In this document: positions 28,452 to 37,412 of the stretch, one piece after another
How positions within the stretch are numbered: position 1 is the stretch's first letter
How the letters are laid out: every line of letters starts with the position of its first letter
Assembly (NCBI GenBank): GCA_964460955.1
Contig: CAYWRP010000002.1
Coordinates: 12,654-76,653, forward strand
Reading direction: 5' to 3'
From: an uncultured Rhodospirillaceae bacterium
Lineage (GTDB): Bacteria; Pseudomonadota; Alphaproteobacteria; Rhodospirillales; Defluviicoccaceae
DNA: 64,000 bases
The notes under the pieces: model-generated
Seen by the model: only the letters and a program-made list of their open reading frames with translations
Told to the model about the DNA's origin: nothing
Database searches by the model: none
Made by a program: the position numbers and the translations under genes

Positions 28452-29237
28452 TCACGCCTCGTTTCCTGCGGGACCTTCGTCCGCGACATGCAGTTCGACA
28501 TCCGCATCGGCGACTATCTGCGCCATCCCGGGCGGCGGCGGTCGGTCCGTGAACAAGGCATGGATATCGTTCAGATGGCATACCGTGGCGAGGGCGCGGC
28601 GGCCGAATTTCGAATGGTCGGCGGCGAGACAGACGTAGCGCGACTGCTCGACAATGGCGCGCGAGACGCCAACCTCCGGCAGGTCGAAATCCCGCAAGGT
28701 GCCGTCGGCGTCGATCCCGGAAATGCCGATGACACCGAAATCCACCTTGAACTGGCGCACGCATTCCGTCGCCATTTCCCCGGTGATCCCGAGATCGCGG
28801 GCACGCACGTTGCCGCCGGTGACGATGATTTCGCAGTCGCCATTGCGCCCCAGGATCGTTGCCACGTTCAGGTTGTTGGTGATCACCCGCAGTCCGCGGT
28901 GGTGGACGAGTTGGCGGGCGATTTCCTCATTGGTGGTGCCGATGTTGATGAACAGGGAGGCCTCGTCGGGAATGTGCCGGGCGACCAGCGTGGCAATGCG
29001 TTTCTTTTCCTCCGGGCGCAGCACTTGACGGGTCGCGTAGTCGATGTTCACGGCGCTCGACGGCCATCCTGCGCCGCCATGGTAGCGCCGCAGCAGACCC
29101 TGCTCGCAGAGCTGATTAATGTCGCGGCGGATGGTTTGCTGGGTGACGTCGAATCGTTCGGCCAGATTCTCGATCTCGACAAACCCCATATGACGGGCCA
29201 ATTCGAGGATTTGCGCCTGTCGCGGGTTCAGATTCAT
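28452..29237 (-). CDS. glpR: DeoR/GlpR-family transcriptional repressor
   Basis: RQAQILE, FDVTQQTIRRD, RRYHGGA, FINIGTT, ITNNL, DFGVIGISGIDADG, ADHSKFGR. Confidence 0.9.
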   Translation of the reverse strand: MNLNPRQAQILELARHMGFVEIENLAERFDVTQQTIRRDINQLCEQGLLRRYHGGAGWPSSAVNIDYATRQVLRPEEKKRIATLVARHIPDEASLFINIGTTNEEIARQLVHHRGLRVITNNLNVATILGRNGDCEIIVTGGNVRARDLGITGEMATECVRQFKVDFGVIGISGIDADGTLRDFDLPEVGVSRAIVEQSRYVCLAADHSKFGRRALATVCHLNDIHALFTDRPPPPGMAQIVADADVELHVADEGPAGNEA

Positions 29238-29290
29238 CGTTTTGGCCCCCCTTGGGCTTTCACGGAGTGGGCGGCGAAGGTTTTACCCAC

Positions 29291-29304
29291 TTGATCAGGA
29301 TCCA
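29291..29304. promoter_or_regulatory. FNR/FixK-like box upstream of glpR
   Basis: TTGAT-CAGG-ATCCA, one mismatch to TTGAT-N4-ATCAA, centred about 60 bp upstream of the glpR ATG. Confidence 0.4.
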
Positions 29305-29461
29305 AAGTCGCCGATTTAGACTTACCCTGACCATATAGGCTCGTTTGTATGCGCGAAAATGAGAAAAATGAACGGAAATCGGCTGTTTTCGTGTTTCATT
29401 GCAACGGAAACGCGCCAGCACACCCGAGTCCGCGTGCGCGGAAGCGGCCGCCCGGCATCGA

Positions 29462-29490
29462 TTGACACGCACCGGTCGGGTTTGTAGAAG
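29462..29490 (+). promoter_or_regulatory. sigma70 promoter of tRNA-Ser
   Basis: TTGACA-N17-TAGAAG, 31 bp upstream of the tRNA 5' end. Confidence 0.65.
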
Positions 29491-29521
29491 CGTCGCTTCG
29501 CATGTATGCTGTCGCGGTTGC

Positions 29522-29611
29522 GGATGGGTGGCCGAGTGGCTGAAGGCGCTCCCCTGCTAAGGGAGTATAGGTTAATCCCTATCGAGGGTTCGAATCCCTC
29601 CCCATCCGCCA
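29522..29611 (+). tRNA. tRNA-Ser(GCT)
   Basis: Acceptor GGATGGG/CCCATCC, discriminator G, encoded CCA; anticodon stem CTCCC/GGGAG with loop CT-GCT-AA; long variable arm ATAGG/CCTAT; T-arm GAGGG-TTCGAAT-CCCTC. Confidence 0.98.
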
Positions 29612-29629
29612 CCTACGTCGCAGGTCGGG

Positions 29630-29654
29630 CACAGAGTGATCGATCTACTCTGTG
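29630..29654. terminator. Hairpin between tRNA-Ser and the convergent ABC operon
   Basis: CACAGAGT (29630-29637) / ACTCTGTG (29647-29654), followed by a short T-rich run. Confidence 0.5.
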
Positions 29655-29694
29655 GGCGGGTTGTTTGTGGCGTTGCGCGGAGTCACGAGGGGCG

Positions 29695-30429
29695 TCAGGT
29701 ACTCTGGCGCGACGCTCGGCCGGGCCCGTCTTCGCCGTCCAGGCGCCCGTCTCGCAGCCGGAAGATTCGGTCGAACCGGTCGAAGATCTTGTCATCGTGG
29801 GTGACAGCGATGATCGCGGTCTCCTGCTCGGCGGCAAGTTTGCGGAGCAGGTCCATGACGATCCCGGCACGTTCGGAATCTAGCGCGGCGGTCGGCTCGT
29901 CCGCCAGAATGATTTTGGGTCTGTTTGCGAGCGCCCGAGCGATCGCGACCCGCTGTGCCTCTCCGCCCGAAAGTTGAGAGGGCATCGCGTGCTTCCGATG
30001 GCCGATCTGCAAGTAATCGAGAAGTTCCTCCGAACGCTTGATACCCTGCTCGCGTGACAGGCCGGCAAGTTGCAGGACGACGGCGACATTGTCGGTGGCG
30101 GTGAGAAAGGCCAGCAGATTGTGCGTCTGGAAAATGAAGCCGATCTTGTCTAGGCGTAGACGGCGCAGGTCGCGCCTCAGCCAGTGGTCGTCGTAGACCA
30201 CCTCGCCGTCGATACTCATCCATCCCTCGTTCGGCTCGAGGATTGCCCCGATGACGTTGAGCAGCGTGGTCTTGCCGGAGCCCGAGGGTCCAAGGAGGCC
30301 CACCACCTCGCCCCGCGCCACGTGCAATGAGACGTCGCGAAGTGCATCGACGCGCATCTCGTCCTCGCCGAAATGCTTGCTGATCCCGCTCAGTTCGACC
30401 AGCGGGTGACGTTCGAGGGTTTGCGCCAT
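29695..30429 (-). CDS. ABC exporter ATP-binding subunit (MacB/LolD-like)
   Basis: GPSGSGKTT, GFIFQ, LSGGEAQRVAIARAL, ILADEPTAALD, VTHD. Confidence 0.95.
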   Translation of the reverse strand: MAQTLERHPLVELSGISKHFGEDEMRVDALRDVSLHVARGEVVGLLGPSGSGKTTLLNVIGAILEPNEGWMSIDGEVVYDDHWLRRDLRRLRLDKIGFIFQTHNLLAFLTATDNVAVVLQLAGLSREQGIKRSEELLDYLQIGHRKHAMPSQLSGGEAQRVAIARALANRPKIILADEPTAALDSERAGIVMDLLRKLAAEQETAIIAVTHDDKIFDRFDRIFRLRDGRLDGEDGPGRASRQST

Positions 30430-30433
30430 GCCG

Positions 30434-31573
30434 TTATCCGGTCAACGCCTGGGACGGGTCAATGCGCAATGCCGCGCGCACGCCAAGCAGGCTCGCCAGC
30501 AGGCAAACCAGCACCACGACACCGAATAGCATCGCGATGTCGCCGCGCGCCATCACGATGCCACGGGGGAAATAGCCTTTCAACGCATAGACCAGAGCGG
30601 CACCGACAATAAATCCGGTGACACCCATCAGCAAAGCCTGTTGCAGGATGAGGCCGACAATGGTGCGGTCTGGCGCGCCTATCAACTTGAGTGTCGCGAT
30701 CTCCCTGACCTTTTCCATTGTGAAAGTATAGATGATGAGGGCAATGATCACCGCCGAGACGACGGTGAGCACGCTCATGAAAAGACCGAGTTGGCGGCGC
30801 GCCCGCTTGATGACGGTGAGCGACAGTAATCGCGACTGTTGCTCGTCCGTCAGCACCGAAAGATGCTTCCAGCGGCGGATGGTGTCGGCCACCTCGGCGG
30901 CCGAGAAATTCGGTCGGATACGGGCCACCACGGCGTTAACGAGATTGGTCGGCGTGCGCTGCAGTCCGCGCGCCGCTTCCCTGCGCGCGACCGGCGGCGC
31001 CAACTCGAACTGCAGGTCTTGTGCGTCTTGCAGTGACATAAAGACGATCGAATCCCCCGAGCGATTGACGACGCCGGATGTCATGCCGACGACGGTGTAC
31101 TCGCGGCTTTGTTGGCCGAGACGCAGTGTGTCACCGACCTCAAGGCCGGTCGCGCGGTCGGCGACCAACTCATAGTGATCGCGGGTGATCGGGCGACCTT
31201 CAACGATATGCCGGGGGCCGCCTGGGTATCCGGGCTCATAACCCACGATCAATAGCTGTAACTTGCGCGCGCCATGTTGCAACTGCATGTTCTGCAAGGT
31301 GATGGCACCGGCCTCGGTGACGCCATTGATGCGCGCCACCATCTCTCGCGTGTCGGCAGGGATGCGCGAGGATTCCGCGAAAGGGCCGTTGGTCCCGGTT
31401 TCGACGACCCAAAGATCCGCTCCAATAGCTTCGCTGAGCGCCAGCGATTCGGCGATTTGTCCGCGATAAATGCCGGCCATCGTGATCACCACGGCGAGCA
31501 GCAGGCTCAGGCCGAGACAGGTCATCAGGAAGCGTCCCAGCTTGTGCCGGACATCGCGCCAGGCAAGGTTCAT
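30434..31573 (-). CDS. ABC exporter permease (FtsX/MacB family)
   Basis: MNLAWRDV N-terminal TM, periplasmic domain, C-terminal REIATLKLIGA with 3 TMs. Confidence 0.92.
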   Translation of the reverse strand: MNLAWRDVRHKLGRFLMTCLGLSLLLAVVITMAGIYRGQIAESLALSEAIGADLWVVETGTNGPFAESSRIPADTREMVARINGVTEAGAITLQNMQLQHGARKLQLLIVGYEPGYPGGPRHIVEGRPITRDHYELVADRATGLEVGDTLRLGQQSREYTVVGMTSGVVNRSGDSIVFMSLQDAQDLQFELAPPVARREAARGLQRTPTNLVNAVVARIRPNFSAAEVADTIRRWKHLSVLTDEQQSRLLSLTVIKRARRQLGLFMSVLTVVSAVIIALIIYTFTMEKVREIATLKLIGAPDRTIVGLILQQALLMGVTGFIVGAALVYALKGYFPRGIVMARGDIAMLFGVVVLVCLLASLLGVRAALRIDPSQALTG

Positions 31574-32742
31574 TCCGACTCCTTCCCGGCCGCGATGACG
31601 GCCCGATCTCCCTCCTCAAGTCCCGTCGTGGGGCTTTTGACGACCTTCGCGCCTTCGGGCACGCCGCCGACGATCTCGACCCAGCCGTCGAGCGTGCGGT
31701 GCCCAATGGTTATTCTGCGCTGTTTCAGACGGCCATCCTCGACCGTCCAGGCCGTCGCTTTCTTCGGCGTAATGTCGCTCAGGGCGTTCATCGGGACGAG
31801 ACGAGCGTTCGGTAGCGTCGCGACGGTGATCAGCACTTCGGCCTGCTCGCCAAGATGAAATGCCAGCGGGCAGCCGCCGCACCGGACATAGACCCTGTAT
31901 TCCTCGTTGACGCGATCGCTTTCGATCTCGATGCGCACGACCGTCGCTGGAATGTGCAGCTCCGGCGCCGAGCGGCGGGTAACCTCCGCCGACTGGCCGA
32001 CCTCGATCGCGCCTGCCCGCGCTTCGTCGATATAGGTGAGCGCCCAGATCGTTTCGGGATCGACCACGGTGAAGACCGGTTCATTTGCGGCAAGGGCCGA
32101 GCCGAGGTCGCTGTGCAGCTTGATCACGAGGCCTTCATAGGGGGCATATAGGCTGTGTTTTTCGAGCCCGGCCTCCTCTAGAGCCAGCGCCGCCCGTGCT
32201 TGCCGGAGATTGGCCTTCGCCATGTTCACGCTGCTGCGGGCCTGGGCGAGCTCCGCTCTGGCGATCTCGAACGCTGCCTGGGCTTCGTCGGCCAACTGTT
32301 GCGAGGTCGTCCCGCGCCGCAAGAGATCCTGCTGGCGTTCGTTGGTCAGTGACTTCTCTTTCAGTACGGCCCCCGCGCGCTCGGCATTCGCCGTTGCCTG
32401 CTCGACGCCAGCCGCAGCCTGAGTGACGGCGGCCTGGGCCTGGGAAACACGCGCCTCCTGCTCCCGGCTATCAAGCCGGGCGAGCAATTCGCCTTTTTTC
32501 ACGCTGTCGCCATGGTCGGCGTGCAGCTTGACGAGGGTTCCCGCGCTTTCGAAACCGATGTCCGATCGGACCTGTGCTTCGACCGTTCCGAGGCCAAAAA
32601 CCTGGATCGGCACGTCGCGTTCAATCCTCGCGACCTGTACCGTTACGGGCTTCAGGAGCCATAACCACGCGCCAGCCGCGACGCTCGCTGCGACGAGGAG
32701 AAAGACCGTTAATCGCAGCCGGGCCCTTGGTGTCACTCGCAC
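31570..32742 (-). CDS. Membrane fusion protein of the ABC exporter
   Basis: TM anchor, VFGLGTVEA, ADHGDSVKKGELLARL, LYAPYEGLV; ATGA-type overlap with the permease start. Confidence 0.92.
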   Translation of the reverse strand: MRVTPRARLRLTVFLLVAASVAAGAWLWLLKPVTVQVARIERDVPIQVFGLGTVEAQVRSDIGFESAGTLVKLHADHGDSVKKGELLARLDSREQEARVSQAQAAVTQAAAGVEQATANAERAGAVLKEKSLTNERQQDLLRRGTTSQQLADEAQAAFEIARAELAQARSSVNMAKANLRQARAALALEEAGLEKHSLYAPYEGLVIKLHSDLGSALAANEPVFTVVDPETIWALTYIDEARAGAIEVGQSAEVTRRSAPELHIPATVVRIEIESDRVNEEYRVYVRCGGCPLAFHLGEQAEVLITVATLPNARLVPMNALSDITPKKATAWTVEDGRLKQRRITIGHRTLDGWVEIVGGVPEGAKVVKSPTTGLEEGDRAVIAAGKESE

Positions 32743-32795
32743 GCGCGCTCAGCCTCGGCAAAATACGTTCACGAAGGATATTGTCCGCCGCCTCG

Positions 32796-32809
32796 GTGAC
32801 CTTAGTCAA
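32796..32809 (-). promoter_or_regulatory. CRP/FNR-family-like box upstream of the islet ABC operon
   Basis: Minus strand TTGAC-TAAG-GTCAC, one mismatch to TTGAC-N4-GTCAA, centred about 60 bp upstream of the MFP start. Confidence 0.4.
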
Positions 32810-32860
32810 AGCGAGAGTAGGGGAATGTTGAAAAAAACCATAAATACCTGACCACAGCCG

Positions 32861-32874
32861 CTCCCCATCCGCCA
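32861..32874 (+). repeat. att-like copy of the tRNA-Ser 3' end
   Basis: CTCCCCATCCGCCA, identical to 29598-29611. Confidence 0.85.
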
Positions 32875-33046
32875 TCAGGCGCAGGTTCGCGACAGGTCGT
32901 CGGGCTTCGTCAACCTCGCCATCGCTGGTCCGCGCCGTGTTTTCCCGACGCGTCGTGCCGGCTCTCCGTATGAAGGACACCCCGGGTGGGAAGGCGCAGC
33001 CCACGCGGGGTAACAACCGCGCGTGGCCCAGGCGGCGTATATTTCC

Positions 33047-33803
33047 TCAGTCCGTTGCTTTCCTGGCGATGTAGTAACCGTAGCCGTAGTAGTGCTTGTA
33101 CTGCTCGTACAGGGAAATCTCGCGCTTTTCGGCCTCAAACGATTGCTCGCGACGCGTCGGCGTTTCCATGCGCGTCCAGAAATCCGGCGAACCGCCGCTC
33201 CAGGGGGCGGTAGTAATTTTCAAGCCAGCACTGCTCCGGCAGGACAAAGTATGCCAGGGGCGAGAACCCATGGTTTTCGAGGGTCGCCATCTTCGCCGAT
33301 GCCGTATCGATCCCGCTGTATTCTTGCGCCCAGTGGTCCTGCAATTTCGTGGGCCGTTCCCGCGTCAGCCAGGTGATCTCGGATACGGCGAGGATGCCGC
33401 CCCGCTTGAGGTGTTTCCGCCACGCCGCGACGCCGTTTTCGAACCCGATATTGTAGATCGCGCCTTCGGACCAGATGGCGTCGAGTTCCGCGTCAGCGAA
33501 TGGCAGCGCGTCCATCGATGTTGCGAGCGTCTTGATCCGGTCCGCGATGCCGGCGCGCGCGGCGTCGGCTTCGAGCGTGGCGAGGAATTCCGGGATGAAA
33601 TCCACGGCCGTGATGTGCGCGTCGAGGTGCCGCGCCAGAACGAGCGTGGAAGCGCCGGTGCCGCAACCGATGTCGGCGATTCTGAGATTCTTGGCCGCCG
33701 AAAGACCCGACAGCGTGATCGACATCCGGGTTTCCGCCTCGCCACCGGGACCCTGGCGGGCCGCGTCCTTATGCAGATCGACGAGCAGCCGAAGGTCGTC
33801 CAT
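33047..33803 (-). pseudogene. Class I SAM-dependent methyltransferase with a +1 frameshift near its 3' end
   Basis: IADIGCGTG and IWSEGAIY motifs. Frame stops at ATC GTT TGA (33135); removing one T gives IVEAEKREISLYEQYKHYYGYGYYIARKATD* ending at 33047, the expected family tail. May be a sequencing error. Confidence 0.8.
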
Positions 33804-33907
33804 GTTGAAATTCCGCCATGGCGCGAGGCGAATGGCCTGTTTTCGAGCCGGTCACGACGGCAACCGGCGAAGCCGCGCGGCCGCCGCACACGCAGCCGTA
33901 AGGACAT

Positions 33908-33945
33908 AAAAAAACGGGGCGAACGTCTCATTAACGGCCGCCCCG
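33908..33945 (-). terminator. Rho-independent terminator after the phasin gene
   Basis: CGGGGCG/CGCCCCG stem followed by T7 on the minus strand. Confidence 0.75.
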
Positions 33946-33984
33946 ATCTCGGGTCTTGAGAGAGTGTAATGTCCCGGAAGGACG

Positions 33985-34461
33985 TTACGACTGCTTCATC
34001 TTGAGAGCCGCCGCCTTGATCTCGTCGAGGCTTTCGGTGATGCGGTTCTTCATCGTGTCGGTAACTTCTTCATTCGCCTTGGTGACCATTTCGGCCAGTT
34101 CGCGCATGTTGGACAGCGCTTTTTCGACGGCGGTCTTGGCGAGGTCGGCCTGCTTCGCGGCGACCTGCGGCGGCGACGGCTCTTTCATCATCTCGTCCAT
34201 CGCGGCGCGGGTCTCGTTCATCGTCTCCTGGAAGATTTCCGCCTGGCGCTTGGCGACGGCCTGCATGCCTTCGTAGGCAACCCGATTGGCCGCGGTCAGG
34301 GCTTCCAGATTCTTTTTCTGGCCGGCGACGATGGCGTCCATGTCGACACCCGGCATGTTCAAATTCTTCATGCTTTTCGAGAACTCATCGACCATCTTGG
34401 TCGGATCGAAGTCCTTCATGTATTTGGTAATATCGAAGAAGTTTTCGGGAAGGTTGGCCAT
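33985..34461 (-). CDS. phaP: Phasin (PHA granule-associated protein)
   Basis: DMDAIVAGQKKNLEALTAAN...EGMQAVAKRQAEIF...KALSNMRELAEM; strong RBS GAGGAG before ATG 34461. Confidence 0.9.
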   Translation of the reverse strand: MANLPENFFDITKYMKDFDPTKMVDEFSKSMKNLNMPGVDMDAIVAGQKKNLEALTAANRVAYEGMQAVAKRQAEIFQETMNETRAAMDEMMKEPSPPQVAAKQADLAKTAVEKALSNMRELAEMVTKANEEVTDTMKNRITESLDEIKAAALKMKQS

Positions 34462-34554
34462 TGGTTGATTCTCCTCTCTCCGCAGTTCTCTCGCGAAGTC
34501 CATAACTAATTTATGCCGCCACTATGATCCGCCGATGCGCCGCCTGTCAACACG

Positions 34555-34594
34555 TTTTGTGCATCGCACAAAAAGTTTTTGCTGCAGTGCAACA
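34555..34594. promoter_or_regulatory. Two PhaR-type operators upstream of the phasin gene
   Basis: TTTTGTGC-ATC-GCACAAAA (34555-34573) and TGCTGCAGTGCAACA (34580-34594), both TGC-N3-GCA, just upstream of a minus-strand TTGACA at 34545-34550. Confidence 0.7.
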
Positions 34595-34622
34595 TTTTGG
34601 ATTGTAGATTGATTTTAAACAT

Positions 34623-34653
34623 AAAAAAAGCCGCCCTGAGGCGAGCGGGCGAC
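34623..34653 (-). terminator. Rho-independent terminator after the ybjN-proC-tetR run
   Basis: Minus strand GTCGCCC...GGGCGGC stem followed by T7. Confidence 0.65.
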
Positions 34654-34746
34654 ACCGGCAAGGATTGCATCGCAACAGGCGGAGAGAAACCCCGAACGCC
34701 TAGCGTCGAATCAGTGCGCTACGTCGATGGATGGAATGGCGTGGCG

Positions 34747-35412
34747 CTAGGCGGGATCGGGCGGCATGTCGCCGCCTTCGGCGAACGGTGGCGCGCCTTC
34801 CGAGATTTCACCACGCGCCGATGCGCGCGAATGATCGCCGCCCATGATCGGCGCCAAGCGCTGCGCCACCGTCTCGGCGCGCCGCAGATCACGGTCGAGC
34901 GCCGCCATCGTCCGCGCCAGATCGGCGCTGTCGTCCGTCAGCCAAGTCCGCAGGACGTTGGCGTAAACGAGGCCCAGGCCCTTGATGCGCAGACCGCCAG
35001 CGGGGCCGTTGGCGGAAATCCCGGCGGCTTCCAACATCCACGCCATGGCCTGACCGAACGCCGGCAGGGCGGCGACGGCCGAGATCGGATCTAGCGGCGC
35101 TTCCCGCAGGATTCGCACCACGCCTTCGCGGTGCGCCTGCAAGGCATCGAACCGGCGCATCATGATATCGAAAAGGCGATCGCGCGGCGCCGCATCGTCG
35201 GCGACGCCGCCGGCGAGCACGGCGCGGTCGTGATGCGCGAAGATCCGGCACAGGACGTGCGCCTTGGTGGGAAACAGCGCATAGGCCTCCGTCAGCGAGG
35301 CGCCGGCGCGCTTGGCGACGTCGCCTAGAGAAAACCGGTTCCAGCCATCCTCGTCGGCCAACTCGAGAGCCGCCGTAACGAGGCGGGTTTCAAGATCGTT
35401 ATCAGCGGTCAT
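34747..35412 (-). CDS. TetR-family transcriptional regulator
   Basis: LVTAALELADEDGWNRFSLGDVAKRAGASLTEAYALFPTK HTH; RDRLFDIMMRRFDAL. Confidence 0.85.
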   Translation of the reverse strand: MTADNDLETRLVTAALELADEDGWNRFSLGDVAKRAGASLTEAYALFPTKAHVLCRIFAHHDRAVLAGGVADDAAPRDRLFDIMMRRFDALQAHREGVVRILREAPLDPISAVAALPAFGQAMAWMLEAAGISANGPAGGLRIKGLGLVYANVLRTWLTDDSADLARTMAALDRDLRRAETVAQRLAPIMGGDHSRASARGEISEGAPPFAEGGDMPPDPA

Positions 35413-35522
35413 AACGCACTCCCTTACGCCGGTTGTCCTCTCCCCTTGATCATAGTTATCCGAAGCGCCGCTAGAAACCCTCCTCTGCCGACTCCAGGAT
35501 ACGCCCTTCCGGCCGCTATGCC

Positions 35523-36338
35523 TTACCCCGCCATTTCCCGAGACCGCGCCGTCGCCGCCGCGACCGCGTTTTGCATAAGCCGTTGGAGATCTTGATCCGC
35601 CATCAGCACCGCCAAGGCGGCAGCCGTCACGCCGTTGGGGCTGGTCACTTTCTCGCGCAAAAGGGCCGGTGTTTCATCCGAGCGCAGCAGCAAATCCCCG
35701 GCGCCGGCGAGGGTTTGCCGAGCCAGATGGTCGGCCACCGAGGCCGGCAGACCGGCCGCGATCCCGGCCGCGGCAAGGCATTCGGCGAGGTGAAACAGAT
35801 AGGCCGGCCCGCTGCCGGAAACCGCCGTCGCCGCATCCATCAGCGCTTCGTCATCCAGCCAGGCGACGTCGCCGACGGCCCGCATCAACTCCTCGCCCGA
35901 CGCACGGGCCGCCGCCGAAATGCCGGCGCGCGCGCACAGCACCGTCATGCCGCGACCGATCGACGCCGGTGTGTTCGGCATGGCGCGGATGACAGCGGAT
36001 TGCGGGGCAAGCCCTTCGCACAGGGTCGTCAGACGGATGCCGGCGGCGACGGACAGGAGGATGGCGCCGGCATCGATGAAGCGACGGTAGGAAGCCAGGA
36101 CAGCGCTGATCAGCGGTGGTTTGACGGCGAGGACGACGCTTTCCGGCGCCAGCGTTTCCGGCAGCTGATCCGCTGCGGCGACGACGCCGACAGCGAAGCG
36201 TTGGCCGAGCATGGCTCCCCGCGCCGGATCGGGCTCGATCACGCAAATCGACGCGGCGTCGCGGCCTCGACCGATCCAGCCCGCGATCAGCGCGCTGCCC
36301 ATGTTGCCGCCACCGACAATGACCGTCGACCCGGACAT
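35523..36338 (-). CDS. proC: Pyrroline-5-carboxylate reductase
   Basis: VGGGNMGSA, LAVKP, RAMPNTP, TAVSGSGPAY, LREKVTSPNGVT. Confidence 0.95.
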   Translation of the reverse strand: MSGSTVIVGGGNMGSALIAGWIGRGRDAASICVIEPDPARGAMLGQRFAVGVVAAADQLPETLAPESVVLAVKPPLISAVLASYRRFIDAGAILLSVAAGIRLTTLCEGLAPQSAVIRAMPNTPASIGRGMTVLCARAGISAAARASGEELMRAVGDVAWLDDEALMDAATAVSGSGPAYLFHLAECLAAAGIAAGLPASVADHLARQTLAGAGDLLLRSDETPALLREKVTSPNGVTAAALAVLMADQDLQRLMQNAVAAATARSREMAG

Positions 36339-36353
36339 CGCCGAACCGTTCCC

Positions 36354-36854
36354 CTATGCTTCGCCGACGGTTTCGATCATCGCCGCCGCGAGGGCGTCTT
36401 CGGCGGACCGTCCGCCCCAGATGACATATTGAATGGCGGGATAGAATCGGTCGCACTCTTCGATCGCCGAGGCAATCACGTCCTCGATCTGTTCGACGCT
36501 TGGACCGAAGGTGCCGCGCAGGGGCAGGGCGTGACGGAAGGCGAGCAGGTTTTCCTCGCGCCAGATACAGAAGTGGCCGAGCCAGACCTTCTCGTTGATC
36601 AGCCCCAACAGCACGCACACTTCCATCCGGCGGTCCGCCGGCACACGAATATCAAGCGCCACCGTGCAGTGCATCGCGTCGGCGGCATCACCCATCGAGC
36701 AGTAGAAGTTGTGGTCGCACCACCGGCCGGGGATCTGCACCGCGATTTCCGATTCGCTGAGGCGGTCGCAGATCCAATCGTTGGCGATCACCAGATCCTC
36801 GATGACGTCGAGGGCGGTTTGTCCGTTGGGCTCAGGCATTTGAAGTAGGGCCAT
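36354..36854 (-). CDS. YbjN-domain protein
   Basis: LDVIEDL...DRLSESEIAVQIPGRW...LINEKVWLGHFCIW...ECDRFYPAIQYVIWGG; usual neighbour of proC in alphaproteobacteria. Confidence 0.82.
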   Translation of the reverse strand: MALLQMPEPNGQTALDVIEDLVIANDWICDRLSESEIAVQIPGRWCDHNFYCSMGDAADAMHCTVALDIRVPADRRMEVCVLLGLINEKVWLGHFCIWREENLLAFRHALPLRGTFGPSVEQIEDVIASAIEECDRFYPAIQYVIWGGRSAEDALAAAMIETVGEA

Positions 36855-37130
36855 CGCTCGCCTCTCCTGCTCAAAAGACAGCAATTTGTCGGACGGAAAA
36901 TTAGACGGTCATCCCCTGTGGTTATTAAGCCCCATATTTTGCTAGTTCTAAGGCTTGTAGCTACCATCATTAGTCTGCCAAACCGTCCAATTCACCGCAA
37001 GAACCGATCATCGCCGCGGCGGCGGAAGTCATCGCGAGCCGCGGCGATTGGCGGGGGCATGTCGGGGGATCCTAGGCGGACATCTGAAAAAATCCTGTTA
37101 ACCGGGGCGCGACGACAGTCGGGCGCGGCG

Positions 37131-37412
37131 CTATTCGGCGGAGGTTTTCTTGCGGCTCGTCCGAGGCTTATCCAGTTTCTGTTCGAGCTCCGCGACGCGC
37201 GCTTCGAGCGCTTCCTGGGCGGCGCGGGCATTCGCCGCCATTTCCTGGACGGCGTCGAATTCTTCGCGGGTGACCAGATCGAAATCGGCGGCCAAGCGCT
37301 CGATACGCTGGCGAACGAGCGAATCGATCTCCTGCTTGACGCCGACGACGGTCGACGCAGCGCTGGTCGCGACCCGGGCCACATCCTGGAGGAGGCGGTT
37401 ACTGGTTTGCAT
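37131..37412 (-). CDS. ubiK: Accessory factor UbiK (BMFP family)
   Basis: LLQDVARVATSAAS...DLVTREEFDAVQEMAANAR...LEARVAELE; divergent from lgt. Confidence 0.85.
   Translation of the reverse strand: MQTSNRLLQDVARVATSAASTVVGVKQEIDSLVRQRIERLAADFDLVTREEFDAVQEMAANARAAQEALEARVAELEQKLDKPRTSRKKTSAE

Larger units (their letters stand above)
29598..32874. mobile_element. tRNA-Ser-anchored genomic islet without integrase
   Basis: CTCCCCATCCGCCA at 29598-29611 (tRNA 3' end) is repeated exactly at 32861-32874; the interval holds only a three-gene ABC exporter. Confidence 0.75.
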
